Positions 18,739 to 28,174 of a DNA stretch of 64,000 nucleotides are shown here, one piece after another. Position 1 is the stretch's first letter, and every line of letters begins with the position of its first letter. This DNA is from a virus. The stretch is from positions 630 through 64,629 of IMG/VR virus record IMGVR_UViG_3300009678_000004; one strand, 5' to 3'. Position numbers and translations under genes: made by a program. Below the pieces are notes generated by a model. That model saw only the letters and a program-made list of their open reading frames with translations, ran no database searches and was not told the origin of the DNA.

Positions 18739-20783
18739 GCCTTGGGCCATCCGAAAACGTCGGCGGCCTTCGCCTGTTCTCTGTGCATCTGCCAGATGTT
18801 GCCGAGGTTCGGCGACAGGAAGCTCTGCCCGCCCTGGACCCTCTGCGCGAGCTGCTTCAGGTAGATCAGCTTCGCGAACGCCTCGACTTTCCTGTCTTGC
18901 AGCACCAGCGCGGCGCCGGCCATCGCCGGACCGAGCCAGCCCTCATCCGAGATCCAGCCGCGGCTCTGATGGGGGGCGGCGCGCATCTCGAGGCCGATCG
19001 GGATCGACGGCTTTCCGGTCGCTGCATCGATCGGCGCCGCAGGATCGGGCCCGATCACCGGGTAGCTATCGAGGATGCCTCTCTCGGCGTCGACGACACC
19101 CGGCTGCATCGCGCAGTCGGCGCAGTAGCGGACCAGCGTGAGATAGAGATTGCGCCAGAAGCCGTCGGGCTCCATGCGCGAGCTCTGCACAAAGTTGAGC
19201 GTCGCGATCGCGAGCTGGAAGCTGCCCTCGAGGATGCCCGCGTAACGCGGGTCGTAGCCGAGCGCCTCGTCGATCTCGTACGAGCGCGGGTAGGGCTTCA
19301 GGTACTCATAGCCGCGCGTCAAGAGCGCCCGGTACGGCGTCTCGCTGAGCTTGTGCGTCCAGGTCCAGCGCGCGGCATCGCGGGCATCGCCGGCGTAGCG
19401 ACGCGCGTCTGCATCCCAGGCGGTGTTCGCCATCGCAAACGCGGCGAGCTGCTCATCGTTCGGGCGCCAGCCGCAGGTCGAGCGTGAGCTGTGCGCCTGC
19501 AGCGCCACGGTGACGTGTCCCTCCGCCGTGTGACGCACACGCCGCAGCGCCAGCGGGTCGCCGTAGAGGGTCCACGCGGCGCAATCGCTGACGAGCCAAC
19601 CGCCGTGCTCGAACTCCTGGTGCCCGTTCGCGGTGCCGTACTGTCCGCCGAATTGCGAGGTCCTGGCCTGAAGCTCGTTCATGCCGAGGTCGTGCGGGTC
19701 GAGCTGGTCGCGGCCGAAACACTCGGTGAACTGCCACATCCCGCCGATCTCGACCCGGCCCTCGTGCAGGATGAACGGGCGCACCGCGTCGGTATCCACC
19801 TTGGTCAGCTTGTAGCGCACGCCGCGCGTCGGCTGATCGCCCTGCGCGTTGATCGTCAGGTACTGCGGACGACCGCTGATCCACTTCGGCGGGCCGAGCT
19901 TCGGCGAGAAGGCTCCGGTCTGGACTTGGCTGTTCTGATGCAGCGCGCGCAGGATCTCCTGCGCCTTGGTCTTGTCGCCGAGCTTGGTGGCGTTGAGCCA
20001 CGCCTCGAAGTGCATCGAGCACTGCTGGGTGATGTAGTGACTGTGGGTCTGGCGTGGGTACACGCGCCGCAGCGGCAGATCGCCGACGATCTGCGCGATG
20101 TTGGGGTTGCTGCGACCGTCGCCGAAGTAGCGCGCGTCGGCGCTGCGATCTTGCGGGTCGTAGTCCCACTGCCACTGCCCACCGGCGAAGTCGGGCGCCT
20201 CGATCGGCGCGAAGTTGAGTGCACTCGGTACCGCTTGCGGCGATCTCTGGAACCACCATTTCATCTTCTCGGTGTGCGGCCACGGCTTCGGCTCGAACCA
20301 ACCGAAGCACGCGCCCATCTGATCCGGGATCTCGATGCCGTCGATGAAGGCGTCGTTCTTGGCTGGCCAGAATCCGTTCCACTGGCCGCCGTTCAGCTTC
20401 GCTTGACCCTTGCCTTCGATACGTCCAACCGGCGGCGTCGACTCGGAAAGGATCGCGCCGGCGATCCACTCGCTGCCGTCCTTGTAGGTGATCTCCCACC
20501 ACAGCACGCGCAGGGTCTTCGGGCTTGGCCACGGGCCCTGCATTTCGCCGTACCAGCAGTGACCGCTCGCGGTGTTCGGGTCGCGGCCGGCGAGGTACTC
20601 GTCCTTGAGGATCAGCGTCGCGGTCTTCGAGTCGAACGTGAACGCCATCGCGGCATAGTGCTCGTTCGGGATGCGCCGGTAGCTCTCTTGCGTTGCCTCG
20701 AAGCGCAGCGTCAGGTGATGTTTCGGCGCGACGAGGAGCGAAGCTGGTGCGCTCGGTACGGTGGGGGCGGCGGTGTCAGCCAT
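18735..20783 (-). CDS. Large hypothetical protein (~680 aa), aromatic-rich, possibly a glycan-acting enzyme
   Basis: Long ORF, GGGAG RBS; W/Y-rich with helical C-terminal half; no family recognised. Confidence 0.6.
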   Translation of the reverse strand: MADTAAPTVPSAPASLLVAPKHHLTLRFEATQESYRRIPNEHYAAMAFTFDSKTATLILKDEYLAGRDPNTASGHCWYGEMQGPWPSPKTLRVLWWEITYKDGSEWIAGAILSESTPPVGRIEGKGQAKLNGGQWNGFWPAKNDAFIDGIEIPDQMGACFGWFEPKPWPHTEKMKWWFQRSPQAVPSALNFAPIEAPDFAGGQWQWDYDPQDRSADARYFGDGRSNPNIAQIVGDLPLRRVYPRQTHSHYITQQCSMHFEAWLNATKLGDKTKAQEILRALHQNSQVQTGAFSPKLGPPKWISGRPQYLTINAQGDQPTRGVRYKLTKVDTDAVRPFILHEGRVEIGGMWQFTECFGRDQLDPHDLGMNELQARTSQFGGQYGTANGHQEFEHGGWLVSDCAAWTLYGDPLALRRVRHTAEGHVTVALQAHSSRSTCGWRPNDEQLAAFAMANTAWDADARRYAGDARDAARWTWTHKLSETPYRALLTRGYEYLKPYPRSYEIDEALGYDPRYAGILEGSFQLAIATLNFVQSSRMEPDGFWRNLYLTLVRYCADCAMQPGVVDAERGILDSYPVIGPDPAAPIDAATGKPSIPIGLEMRAAPHQSRGWISDEGWLGPAMAGAALVLQDRKVEAFAKLIYLKQLAQRVQGGQSFLSPNLGNIWQMHREQAKAADVFGWPKA

Positions 20784-20865
20784 GCGGTGATGCGCTCCCG
20801 GAGCTGAGGTGGTTGCGGCCGCCCCCCGCAGGAGGAAAGGGCGAGGAGCGGCCGCGTGAGCAGTG

Positions 20866-21228
20866 TTAGAAGCTGCCGGCGGCCGGCACGTCGGCCTTCT
20901 CGATCGGCTCCGCGGCGGTGAACGCCGGGGCGCCTGCGGCATCGGGCTCGGTCGCGGTCAAACCGACGGTGACGGCCTCATGCGCGCTGCCGTCGACGTC
21001 GGTGCAGGTGACGGTGAAGCCGGTGGCCTCGACCGCGTCGCCAGTCACGAGATACGCCTTCATGCCGTCGTTGCTCGGCACCACGGTGGCCGTGCCACCG
21101 GCGCCGTCGTTGGCCCACACGACCGTTCCGTACTTGGTCGGGCGGCCCATACGATCCTTCGGCTGGTCCAAGGAGACGAGGACGGCCTGGCCGGTGTCGC
21201 ACGTGAACGAGTAGTTAAATTCCGCCAT
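20866..21228 (-). CDS. Ig-like beta-rich protein
   Basis: PKDRMGRPT..VVW..TATVVPSNDG pattern; AAGGA RBS. Confidence 0.55.
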   Translation of the reverse strand: MAEFNYSFTCDTGQAVLVSLDQPKDRMGRPTKYGTVVWANDGAGGTATVVPSNDGMKAYLVTGDAVEATGFTVTCTDVDGSAHEAVTVGLTATEPDAAGAPAFTAAEPIEKADVPAAGSF

Positions 21229-21229
21229 G

Positions 21230-21478
21230 TCAGTGTTCCTTGTTGATGAGGGGAATGAGCTGCGGGAGCAGCTCTTTCGGAACTTTCATCACCTCGGAAA
21301 CGATGACCGTGCGGTCGCGTCCCGGGTGAGTCAGCTCGTCCACCGAGCGCGTGGCGAGCAGCATTGAGTTGACGATCTGGAGAATGGAGGCCGTGACGGT
21401 CACGGCGCACTGGCCGGCGGTGAGTCGAATTTCGATGGAGTCGGGCTCGGGGTCACAGTGCATCGAGTCATCGATCAT
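21230..21478 (-). CDS. Hypothetical protein
   Basis: GGAG RBS; coupled to the downstream gene. Confidence 0.45.
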   Translation of the reverse strand: MIDDSMHCDPEPDSIEIRLTAGQCAVTVTASILQIVNSMLLATRSVDELTHPGRDRTVIVSEVMKVPKELLPQLIPLINKEH

Positions 21479-21800
21479 GGATCGTGATCTCCGCACTGGC
21501 GTCCGAGCGCGAAGCGTTTCCATCCCGCGGCTACACCAGTGCAAGGCGAGAACCACGAAACGGAAGCGCTTCGACGAAAGTGCAGGCGGTTGGCCGACCA
21601 CCATGCACGCCCGGTCAGGGACGATGATCGCCGAGCAGCGCGACGCCGTCAAGCGTGTAGCTTTGTCACGCGAAGTACATTGCCGAGCAAAGCGCGCGCG
21701 TAATATCCGAGCGGTGTGAACTGGTCGCGAGCACGGTCAAATCGGTGGGCTATGATTGGTTTGAGCGATCAAACCTTTTCCCGATCAAAGGAGCTTCCCC

Positions 21801-21944
21801 ATGACCGACCGACCGAATCCTGGCACCGGCGAGCCGAACCCCGAGCGCAGCAAGCCCGAGCCGCGCGTGAATCCGTACGCGCCGCCGAACAAGCCGAACC
21901 CGACGCCCAAGCCGCACGTCCCGAACGAGCCCAAGCCCAAGTAA
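21801..21944 (+). CDS. 47-aa proline-rich peptide (not in the ORF track)
   Basis: AAAGGAG RBS; MTDRPNPGTGEPNPERSKPEPRVNPYAPPNKPNPTPKPHVPNEPKPK*; TATGAT upstream. Confidence 0.6.
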   Translation: MTDRPNPGTGEPNPERSKPEPRVNPYAPPNKPNPTPKPHVPNEPKPK

Positions 21945-22009
21945 CTTCCCCGTTTCGAGCTTGGCAGCGCGCCTGTCGCACGTGATCGCGCGACGGGCGC
22001 GTTTCGCGT

Positions 22010-22402
22010 TCACATCTCGCTGGATTCGGCGATCTGCCAGCGCGCCATGCTCTGGAACGCGTCGCTGCGGACCACGTATTCGATCATAGGGACGATCGCT
22101 TGCGCGCGCGTGCCGGGGTGCACGTCGGCGATCGCATGCAGCAGCTTCGCTGCGCCGACCGAGGAGAGCGGATGGGCGCACGAGATGATCGGCTCGTAGT
22201 GGTTGCCGATGCGGAAGGCGATGTCGCAGATCGCGGTAAGGCGGTAGTGCTCATGCCCGCCCCGGCCTTCGTCCTCGTCGGGATTCAGGAACCAGAGGTT
22301 GACCGCGAAGCCGTTGGGAAATTGAAAACCGATGGCGGTACCCGTCGGATCTTCTCGCCGACGGAGCGCGCGGAAGCCTTCACGGTTGGTGGTGCCGTCC
22401 AT
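22010..22402 (-). CDS. Hypothetical protein
   Basis: ORF with globular-like composition. Confidence 0.45.
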   Translation of the reverse strand: MDGTTNREGFRALRRREDPTGTAIGFQFPNGFAVNLWFLNPDEDEGRGGHEHYRLTAICDIAFRIGNHYEPIISCAHPLSSVGAAKLLHAIADVHPGTRAQAIVPMIEYVVRSDAFQSMARWQIAESSEM

Positions 22403-22435
22403 CCGGGAGGCAATGGTAGCACGACGGGCCAGGGA

Positions 22436-22816
22436 TCAGCGCTTGAACCTCAGTCCGTACTCGTCTAGTCGTGCGCTCAATTCCTTCACGATTTTGACGC
22501 CGACTCCGCTCATCTGATAAAGTTCGGTCTCTGTGAACCGAGCCAGATCCCCGATTGTTTTGATCTGTTCTCTTCGATCCGATCCGCTGCGGCGATAGTA
22601 GTTTATTCGGCTGACCACGGCCCGCGCTCGGCCGCTCAGGCCGTCGAGTGCATCCCTAATCGGGACGTCGCCACGCCTCGCGCCTTCCACATCGAGCAAC
22701 GTGCCACACTCTGGGCAGTACGTGATCTGCGCTGTCTCTTCGCCGAGCACGAGAAAGTAGGCACCGAGCGCGCTCTTGAAGACGATGGCCGGATCTCCGC
22801 ACTTGGTGCAGCTCAT
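22436..22816 (-). CDS. Zinc ribbon fused to an RNA polymerase alpha-CTD-like domain
   Basis: CxxC...CxxC then LSGRARAVV...IKTIGDLARFTETELYQMSGVGVKIVKEL..L..YGL. Confidence 0.75.
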   Translation of the reverse strand: MSCTKCGDPAIVFKSALGAYFLVLGEETAQITYCPECGTLLDVEGARRGDVPIRDALDGLSGRARAVVSRINYYRRSGSDRREQIKTIGDLARFTETELYQMSGVGVKIVKELSARLDEYGLRFKR

Positions 22817-23769
22817 GTCGCCGCTCCGAAAACCTGGACCGACTCGTAATGGCTGCCCCAGGCCATCGGGCTCGCCTCGCTGAGCAGCAGAACGCCTTGC
22901 GCGTCCGCCACCTTGCGCTGCCAGATGTTGATGGTCTTGGCCACGTCGTAGCAGCGCGTCGTCGGCTCGGCGCCAGCGATCGCCGCTCCCAGCAGCCCCG
23001 GCCCGTTCTCGTCGGGCGTCCAGGTCGCGTCGTTGCTCACCGCGCCAAACTGGTCGTAGGTCGACGGGATGCCTTGGTCGGTGATTAGCCCGTTCTGCTT
23101 GACCATGTCGCAGAGGTACCCGCAACGCTGCTTGAACTTGGCGCCCCACTCGGTGAACCCGCCCTCCGAGCGCGCGCCGACGGTGAGCCCGTAGATCGCC
23201 ACCGCGACGCCGACCAGCGACTCGACGCCGTCGATCGGCATGAACACCTTGGCCGGGTGCTGGCTGCCGATGTTCTGCTGCTCGGCGGCAAAGACGCAGA
23301 GCGCGCGCGCCGCGGTTCGGTAGCGCTCGTCTTTGATGCACCAGAACCCCCACCAGAGGCGCGTCATCATGTTGCCGAACTCGAGCGACGACGTCGGCCG
23401 GTGCGCGCTGGTGACGATCGCCTCGCAGCGCATGCCGAGTTTGCCCCGCGCGCGCTCATCCGAGAGCAGCGCCCAGCCGGCGACGAGGTCGCAGTCGGGT
23501 AGGCCGGCAGCGTCGAGGCGCGCGCTCAGACTGTTGAGCATGGTCCCGATCTCGGCGCCCATGCCGCGCTCGGCGTAGGACCAAAGCGTGGTCTCGTAGG
23601 CCGAGCGGAACGGCGAATGGCCGACGGCCGATGGCGCGAGCGTGTAGATCCCGGGCGGCGCCTTGAGGCCCGCGCGCTTATCCTTCGCGAGCAAGGACAA
23701 GATCGACCAGTCGATCTTCGGCTGCAGGCCGGCGGATTCGAGGACGGCGTGGAGCTGGGAATGGATCAT
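22813..23769 (-). CDS. Hypothetical protein
   Basis: 318-aa ORF, GAGGAG RBS. Confidence 0.6.
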   Translation of the reverse strand: MIHSQLHAVLESAGLQPKIDWSILSLLAKDKRAGLKAPPGIYTLAPSAVGHSPFRSAYETTLWSYAERGMGAEIGTMLNSLSARLDAAGLPDCDLVAGWALLSDERARGKLGMRCEAIVTSAHRPTSSLEFGNMMTRLWWGFWCIKDERYRTAARALCVFAAEQQNIGSQHPAKVFMPIDGVESLVGVAVAIYGLTVGARSEGGFTEWGAKFKQRCGYLCDMVKQNGLITDQGIPSTYDQFGAVSNDATWTPDENGPGLLGAAIAGAEPTTRCYDVAKTINIWQRKVADAQGVLLLSEASPMAWGSHYESVQVFGAAT

Positions 23770-24247
23770 GGGGTCTCCTCAGGCAGCAGGTGTGCTTTCT
23801 GCACATGGGTCTCGTAGTAGATCCGTGCGCATCTGCGGCACGCGCGGCCCCTGCCGTCACGCCGATGGAGCGTGTTGGTATCATCGAAAGGATGGCCGTA
23901 CTTGCATGCGACCTTGCGCTTATTGACGGCGCTCGTTCCGATCCCGCGCGCGATGTTCTCGGAGTTAGTGACCACTTCAAGGTGGGTCGGGTTCACACAC
24001 AGTCGATTGCGGCAGAGGGAATCTTCGTCTTGTTGTGCAGCTCGTAGGCGACGCGGTGCGGCTTGCACCGTCGGCCACCGATCACGATCTGGCCGTAGCC
24101 GTCGGCGTCGGATGCCCCAGCCCCTGTCCACACCCAGCATCCGTTCGGGTCCTTGCGGATCTTCGACCACACTCGCTCAGCAAGGTGCTCGGCTAGATAC
24201 CGTCGTCGTGACTCGGACAGTTTCCGGCGTTGTTCGAGGGTCATCAT
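23766..24247 (-). pseudogene. Frameshifted HNH homing endonuclease
   Basis: GCWVWTG..GYG..HRVAYEL in one frame, LCRNRLCVNPTHLE..CKYGH..CRRC in another; the DH before LCRN is missing near 24018. Confidence 0.8.
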
Positions 24248-24435
24248 GGAGTGACATCCTGAGTCCGTCCTGGCCCGTACCAGATCCCGAGCGGCGTCAC
24301 CGAGTAAGTGCCGCCGGGCTCGAGGCGGATATCGAAACCGGCGACGTCGCGATCGAGCAGCATCAGCGCCACTTCCTCGGAGACCTCGTCGCGCGGGACG
24401 CCGGTCTTGGGCCGCGGGAGGGATGGGTTTCTCAT
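24244..24435 (-). CDS. Hypothetical protein
   Basis: Overlapping start/stop coupling. Confidence 0.45.
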   Translation of the reverse strand: MRNPSLPRPKTGVPRDEVSEEVALMLLDRDVAGFDIRLEPGGTYSVTPLGIWYGPGRTQDVTP

Positions 24436-24659
24436 GGATTGCCCTTGGCGATCGCACGCTCGGCGATCCATGTGCTCGCCATGTGACTCCGGCGCGCGCC
24501 TTCGAGCCAGATCGCCAAGCTGACCAGTGGCTCGCTCTTGCCGCCCTCGCGCTGCTTGATCCAGTGGCGCATCAGGTGGTTGTCGAGTTCGGCCGCAAGC
24601 GCACGTCGCTCGAGATCGATGAACGTCTTGGCGACGTCGGTGATCGGTGTGTCGGTCAC
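24432..24659 (-). CDS. Hypothetical protein
   Basis: GGAGG RBS; coupled. Confidence 0.5.
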   Translation of the reverse strand: MTDTPITDVAKTFIDLERRALAAELDNHLMRHWIKQREGGKSEPLVSLAIWLEGARRSHMASTWIAERAIAKGNP

Positions 24660-25192
24660 TCAACCCTCCTGGCCCGCCGCTCATACTCGGGGAAGCTGGC
24701 GCGCGCGCCCCACACCAGGATCGCGCAGTCGGCGAGCGTCTTGCGCCACACGCGATAGAACCCGGCCAAGCGCTGGCCGTCGGTCTCGTTCAGCGCCGAC
24801 ACCGCATCCCGCACTTGCTCGTCCGTCAGTTCGCCTTCGGGCAAGCGGCCGACCGACGTGATGAGCGTCTCGTAGGCCGAGAGTAGCACCTCGGCGGTCG
24901 CCGCGAACGAGCGTATTTCCTCGTCGGTGGCGTCGGCGGGGAAGGGGCTTTTCGGCCCGGTCGGCATCATCTCGAACACCGGCAGCCACTGTCGCGCGTA
25001 GGCAACGGCGGGATCGTCGTGAGACAGTCGGTCCCAGCGACGGACGGACGCGAGCGCGATGGGGTCTGCGCTCGCCTCGGGGGTCTGTGCAGACGCCGCA
25101 ACGCGCGCGGGGGAGACGGTCGGCGTTGGTGTCTCGGTGGCGGGGATGCAGCCGAGGATGAAGAGCAGGGCAAGGGTTGGTCTCACGGTCAC
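24656..25192 (-). CDS. Probable lipoprotein
   Basis: VRPTLALLFILGC lipobox followed by a P/T linker. Confidence 0.55.
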   Translation of the reverse strand: MTVRPTLALLFILGCIPATETPTPTVSPARVAASAQTPEASADPIALASVRRWDRLSHDDPAVAYARQWLPVFEMMPTGPKSPFPADATDEEIRSFAATAEVLLSAYETLITSVGRLPEGELTDEQVRDAVSALNETDGQRLAGFYRVWRKTLADCAILVWGARASFPEYERRARRVE

Positions 25193-25419
25193 GGTTTTCT
25201 CCTCGGAATCGGCTGAGTGGTGCTCATGAACATTTTCCGACGGTGTCGCAAGATCAAGCCAGGATTGCCGCGAGCCCTTTCGCCGAGATCCTCCATGGCT
25301 GCGTCCAGTTGAGCGCCTTCCATAGGTGGATAGCGACGGCACACGTACTCATAGCCGCCGATCGTCTCGCCATGCCACTCGCACCCCTGGCATGATCTGC
25401 CGCGCCTGTAGTCGGTCAT
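25189..25419 (-). CDS. Small Cys protein (CxxC..CRRYPP)
   Basis: Motif also seen in 25990-26196. Confidence 0.5.
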   Translation of the reverse strand: MTDYRRGRSCQGCEWHGETIGGYEYVCRRYPPMEGAQLDAAMEDLGERARGNPGLILRHRRKMFMSTTQPIPRRKP

Positions 25420-25763
25420 GGGTTGGCCTCGGGCTGCTGCTGCTCGGCTCGCTTCGCTTTCTCGGCAATCCAGATCGCCTCGACCTCTTGCTCGATCTCG
25501 AGCCCCCATGCCGGATCGAGTAGTTCGACGGCGGCCATGAATCCCTCCCAGGACATCAGCTCCATCGCCTCATCCTGATCGAGTCCGGTCCTGCCATAAG
25601 GACCGTCGCCGCCGCCGATGCAACCCCAGCCTCTCACGCGCATGCTGCCCGCGTTGACGGCGATCAGCTCCGCTAATCGCTCGATCCGGCGCATCGAAGC
25701 GGACGAGTTCCAGCGCTGGATCGTCACCCCGGTATCCAGCCATGCGCGAAGTTGTGGGGTCAT
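25416..25763 (-). CDS. Hypothetical protein
   Basis: Coupled ORF. Confidence 0.5.
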   Translation of the reverse strand: MTPQLRAWLDTGVTIQRWNSSASMRRIERLAELIAVNAGSMRVRGWGCIGGGDGPYGRTGLDQDEAMELMSWEGFMAAVELLDPAWGLEIEQEVEAIWIAEKAKRAEQQQPEANP

Positions 25764-25993
25764 GCTTCCTCGCTCGTGACGTCGGGAAGGGCGCGGATAG
25801 CCGCGATGTCACGGTCATGGCACTTGTCGGCTCCGCACTTCTGGCCTTCGCATGCGTCGATGCACCGCTCGCGTTCGGCCCGGCGTTCCGCGCGGATGAG
25901 GATAAGAATCTTCGCGCGCATATCCGCAACGGTGTTCCCGCGAAATGACAGGATCTCCATCAGCGTCTCGCGGCGCGGCTTCTCTTCGCTCAT
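25760..25993 (-). CDS. Hypothetical protein (AERERC motif)
   Basis: Common phage small-ORF motif AERERC..AAIRAL. Confidence 0.5.
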   Translation of the reverse strand: MSEEKPRRETLMEILSFRGNTVADMRAKILILIRAERRAERERCIDACEGQKCGADKCHDRDIAAIRALPDVTSEEA

Positions 25994-26196
25994 GGTTGTT
26001 TGCCCTCGGGCTGCTGCTGCTCGGCCCAGTCGCCGCACCAGTCGTGCGGCTCGGTAAACGGCCAGCGCCCGAAGTGGACGCCGAGCGTTGATCGCCGCGC
26101 CGATTCAACGGGCGCGCGGCGACGACACTGTGAGGCGCGATAGTCGCCACGATCCCAATAGCGGCAAGTGCTACATTCCCGTTTAGGTTCAGGCAT
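25990..26196 (-). CDS. Small Cys/metal-binding protein
   Basis: CSTCRYW..CRRRAP..WP.T...DWCGDW. Confidence 0.6.
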   Translation of the reverse strand: MPEPKRECSTCRYWDRGDYRASQCRRRAPVESARRSTLGVHFGRWPFTEPHDWCGDWAEQQQPEGKQP

Positions 26197-26371
26197 TGGG
26201 CTTGGCCTCGGGCTTCTGCTCTGTCCAGAACGATTCTTTGTATTCGTTGCAGTACCACTCAACGAGGATGTCGCCGTGACCATCGGGCGCGGTCGCCGTC
26301 CAGAGATCTCGACCGCCGGCAAACGTTCGGTTCTCACACCACGGGCAGCCCTCAGGTTGGTTCACTGGCAT
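26189..26371 (-). CDS. Small zinc-ribbon protein
   Basis: CPWC..WYC. Confidence 0.45.
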   Translation of the reverse strand: MPVNQPEGCPWCENRTFAGGRDLWTATAPDGHGDILVEWYCNEYKESFWTEQKPEAKPNA

Positions 26372-26389
26372 TGGTTCTGATAACCTCAG

Positions 26390-26605
26390 TTATGTTGATC
26401 TGCGGCGCTTCCACCAGCGCACCAAACAGCCAAGCGTCCCGACGATCAGGCGCTTCGAGCACACGCCATCGAAGACGAAGTGGTCTTCGGTGACGCGCGA
26501 GCCGCGGCAGCGCGTGCAAGTCTTCGGCACCATGACGTACAGGTTCACCACCGAGTTGCTCGTGGTGGCAATCGCCGGGAGTTTCGGCACGCCGATATCG
26601 CTCAC
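26390..26605 (-). CDS. Small hypothetical Cys protein
   Basis: CTRC motif. Confidence 0.4.
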   Translation of the reverse strand: MSDIGVPKLPAIATTSNSVVNLYVMVPKTCTRCRGSRVTEDHFVFDGVCSKRLIVGTLGCLVRWWKRRRST

Positions 26606-26735
26606 GTTGCCTCGCCTTCTTCGGCCAGCAGCGCGCGGAGCCTCTTACGGCACCTGATCAGCGCCTCGGAATCGCGATAGCTGATGCCGATGTCCCGCGT
26701 TATGAGGTCCAGCTTGGCCAGGATCGGATCGGGCG

Positions 26736-27446
26736 TCACGGCTTCTCCACCACCCAAAAGTAAGTGTCTCCGTTCGGCTTCACGGCTGCGAGGATCGCGA
26801 ACTTCGAGTCGTCCTCCCAGAACCGCGTACCGATCGTGATCTTCTCATCGCGGAAAACCTCGACGCGGCCGTGCCCAGCCTCGACAAACGAGAGCATTTC
26901 ACGCGTCGTCTCGTCGTATTTCACCCACTCAGCATCGGTACTCACGTGCCGGTCGCGGCGTTCCCCCGCCCGCACCTCCTCCAGCGTTCTCGCGACCTTG
27001 GTCTGTGCGATGTAGTGGCAGTGGCACCCGGTATCGTTGAGCAGGGTCTCGTCCGTCTTCCACCACGCGTCCTGCGTCGCCGCACTCCAGCGCAACATGA
27101 TCGTGCATCCGGTCGGCGGCGTGATGGTGGTCGGTACGCCGAGAGCGAGCGCCGCGGCGATGTCCGCGCGGTTGATCGAAAACGCGTTATCCGAGATCTT
27201 GCGAATGACCTTTTGCTTGAGCCCGCCCGTGTTGCTGCCGGGGATGATGGGCTCCACCGGCCCTAGCTCGTACTGCTCGGTCGTGAACCAGGCACCGTCA
27301 AGCTCGACCTTCGGCTTGTCGATCAAGAGGACTTGCGTCCACTCCGCGGTCGGCGCGCTCGCCTGCGTCGTGTTGCTGATGATTGCAATCCAGACGGCAA
27401 CGGTCATCAGCGCCATCGGTGCGAGCAACATCAGAAACTTTCTCAT
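26736..27446 (-). CDS. Exported protein
   Basis: MRKFLMLLAPMALMTVAVWIAII signal/anchor; AAAGGA RBS. Confidence 0.6.
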   Translation of the reverse strand: MRKFLMLLAPMALMTVAVWIAIISNTTQASAPTAEWTQVLLIDKPKVELDGAWFTTEQYELGPVEPIIPGSNTGGLKQKVIRKISDNAFSINRADIAAALALGVPTTITPPTGCTIMLRWSAATQDAWWKTDETLLNDTGCHCHYIAQTKVARTLEEVRAGERRDRHVSTDAEWVKYDETTREMLSFVEAGHGRVEVFRDEKITIGTRFWEDDSKFAILAAVKPNGDTYFWVVEKP

Positions 27447-27469
27447 GCGTCTTTCCTTTCGCTTTGCGG

Positions 27470-27904
27470 TTACATGTCGCAGCAGGGTCCACACGTGTAA
27501 CCCCAGACACCCGGAATCACTTCGACTTGATGTGGGTTGCAGCAGAAAGTGCAGATAAAAAAGCCGCTATTGCCTTTGCACTTAATCGCCCAGTATCCAG
27601 GCTCGGTTTCGGTGGCAGGCACCCAGACTAATTGCAGCACGCACCTCCCCACGGCGATGCAGCCCTCGCAGCACCAGCACTTGACAAACCACGGCGAGGC
27701 GAACTTGTTGCACGAACACGGCTCGGCATCGTTGCACAGGTTCCCCATGAAAGAAGAGCAGCCGTTCGGGTAGCAGAAGAACCCGTCCGGGCCACCGTCG
27801 CCAATGACGTACCCGTTGCATTGGGTAGGGCCGGCTTGCCCGTAGGCGCGGTCAGACAGCGCAGCGAACCCGAGCACGATCAGAATCACAGCGAATCGTT
27901 TCAC
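27470..27904 (-). CDS. Secreted cysteine-rich protein (18 Cys)
   Basis: Signal VKRFAVILIVLGFAALSDRAYG; AGGGAG RBS. Confidence 0.7.
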   Translation of the reverse strand: MKRFAVILIVLGFAALSDRAYGQAGPTQCNGYVIGDGGPDGFFCYPNGCSSFMGNLCNDAEPCSCNKFASPWFVKCWCCEGCIAVGRCVLQLVWVPATETEPGYWAIKCKGNSGFFICTFCCNPHQVEVIPGVWGYTCGPCCDM

Positions 27905-27949
27905 GAGAGTCTCCCTTTGCCTTCGCTTCCTTGTCGTCACAGAACACGC

Positions 27950-28174
27950 TCATGGTTGGTTCCTCTTGTAGCTCGGCAGGCGCCCGGCCTTGATGTCCTC
28001 CGGTGTGAGCATGATGATCTTGATCTCCGGGTCGCAATCGCAACGCCCCGCGCCTGTGCTGTAGAGCGTGCACTCGTCGTCGTGCATCACGGCGCAATCG
28101 TAGAGCGCGCCCGGTGGTAGGCCGCGGGCCGCCTCCAGCACCTTGGGCACGTAGTTGTGATCGAGAGCGTCCAT
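27950..28174 (-). CDS. Small metal-binding hypothetical protein
   Basis: HDDEC..CDCDPEI; AAGGAG RBS. Confidence 0.55.
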   Translation of the reverse strand: MDALDHNYVPKVLEAARGLPPGALYDCAVMHDDECTLYSTGAGRCDCDPEIKIIMLTPEDIKAGRLPSYKRNQP

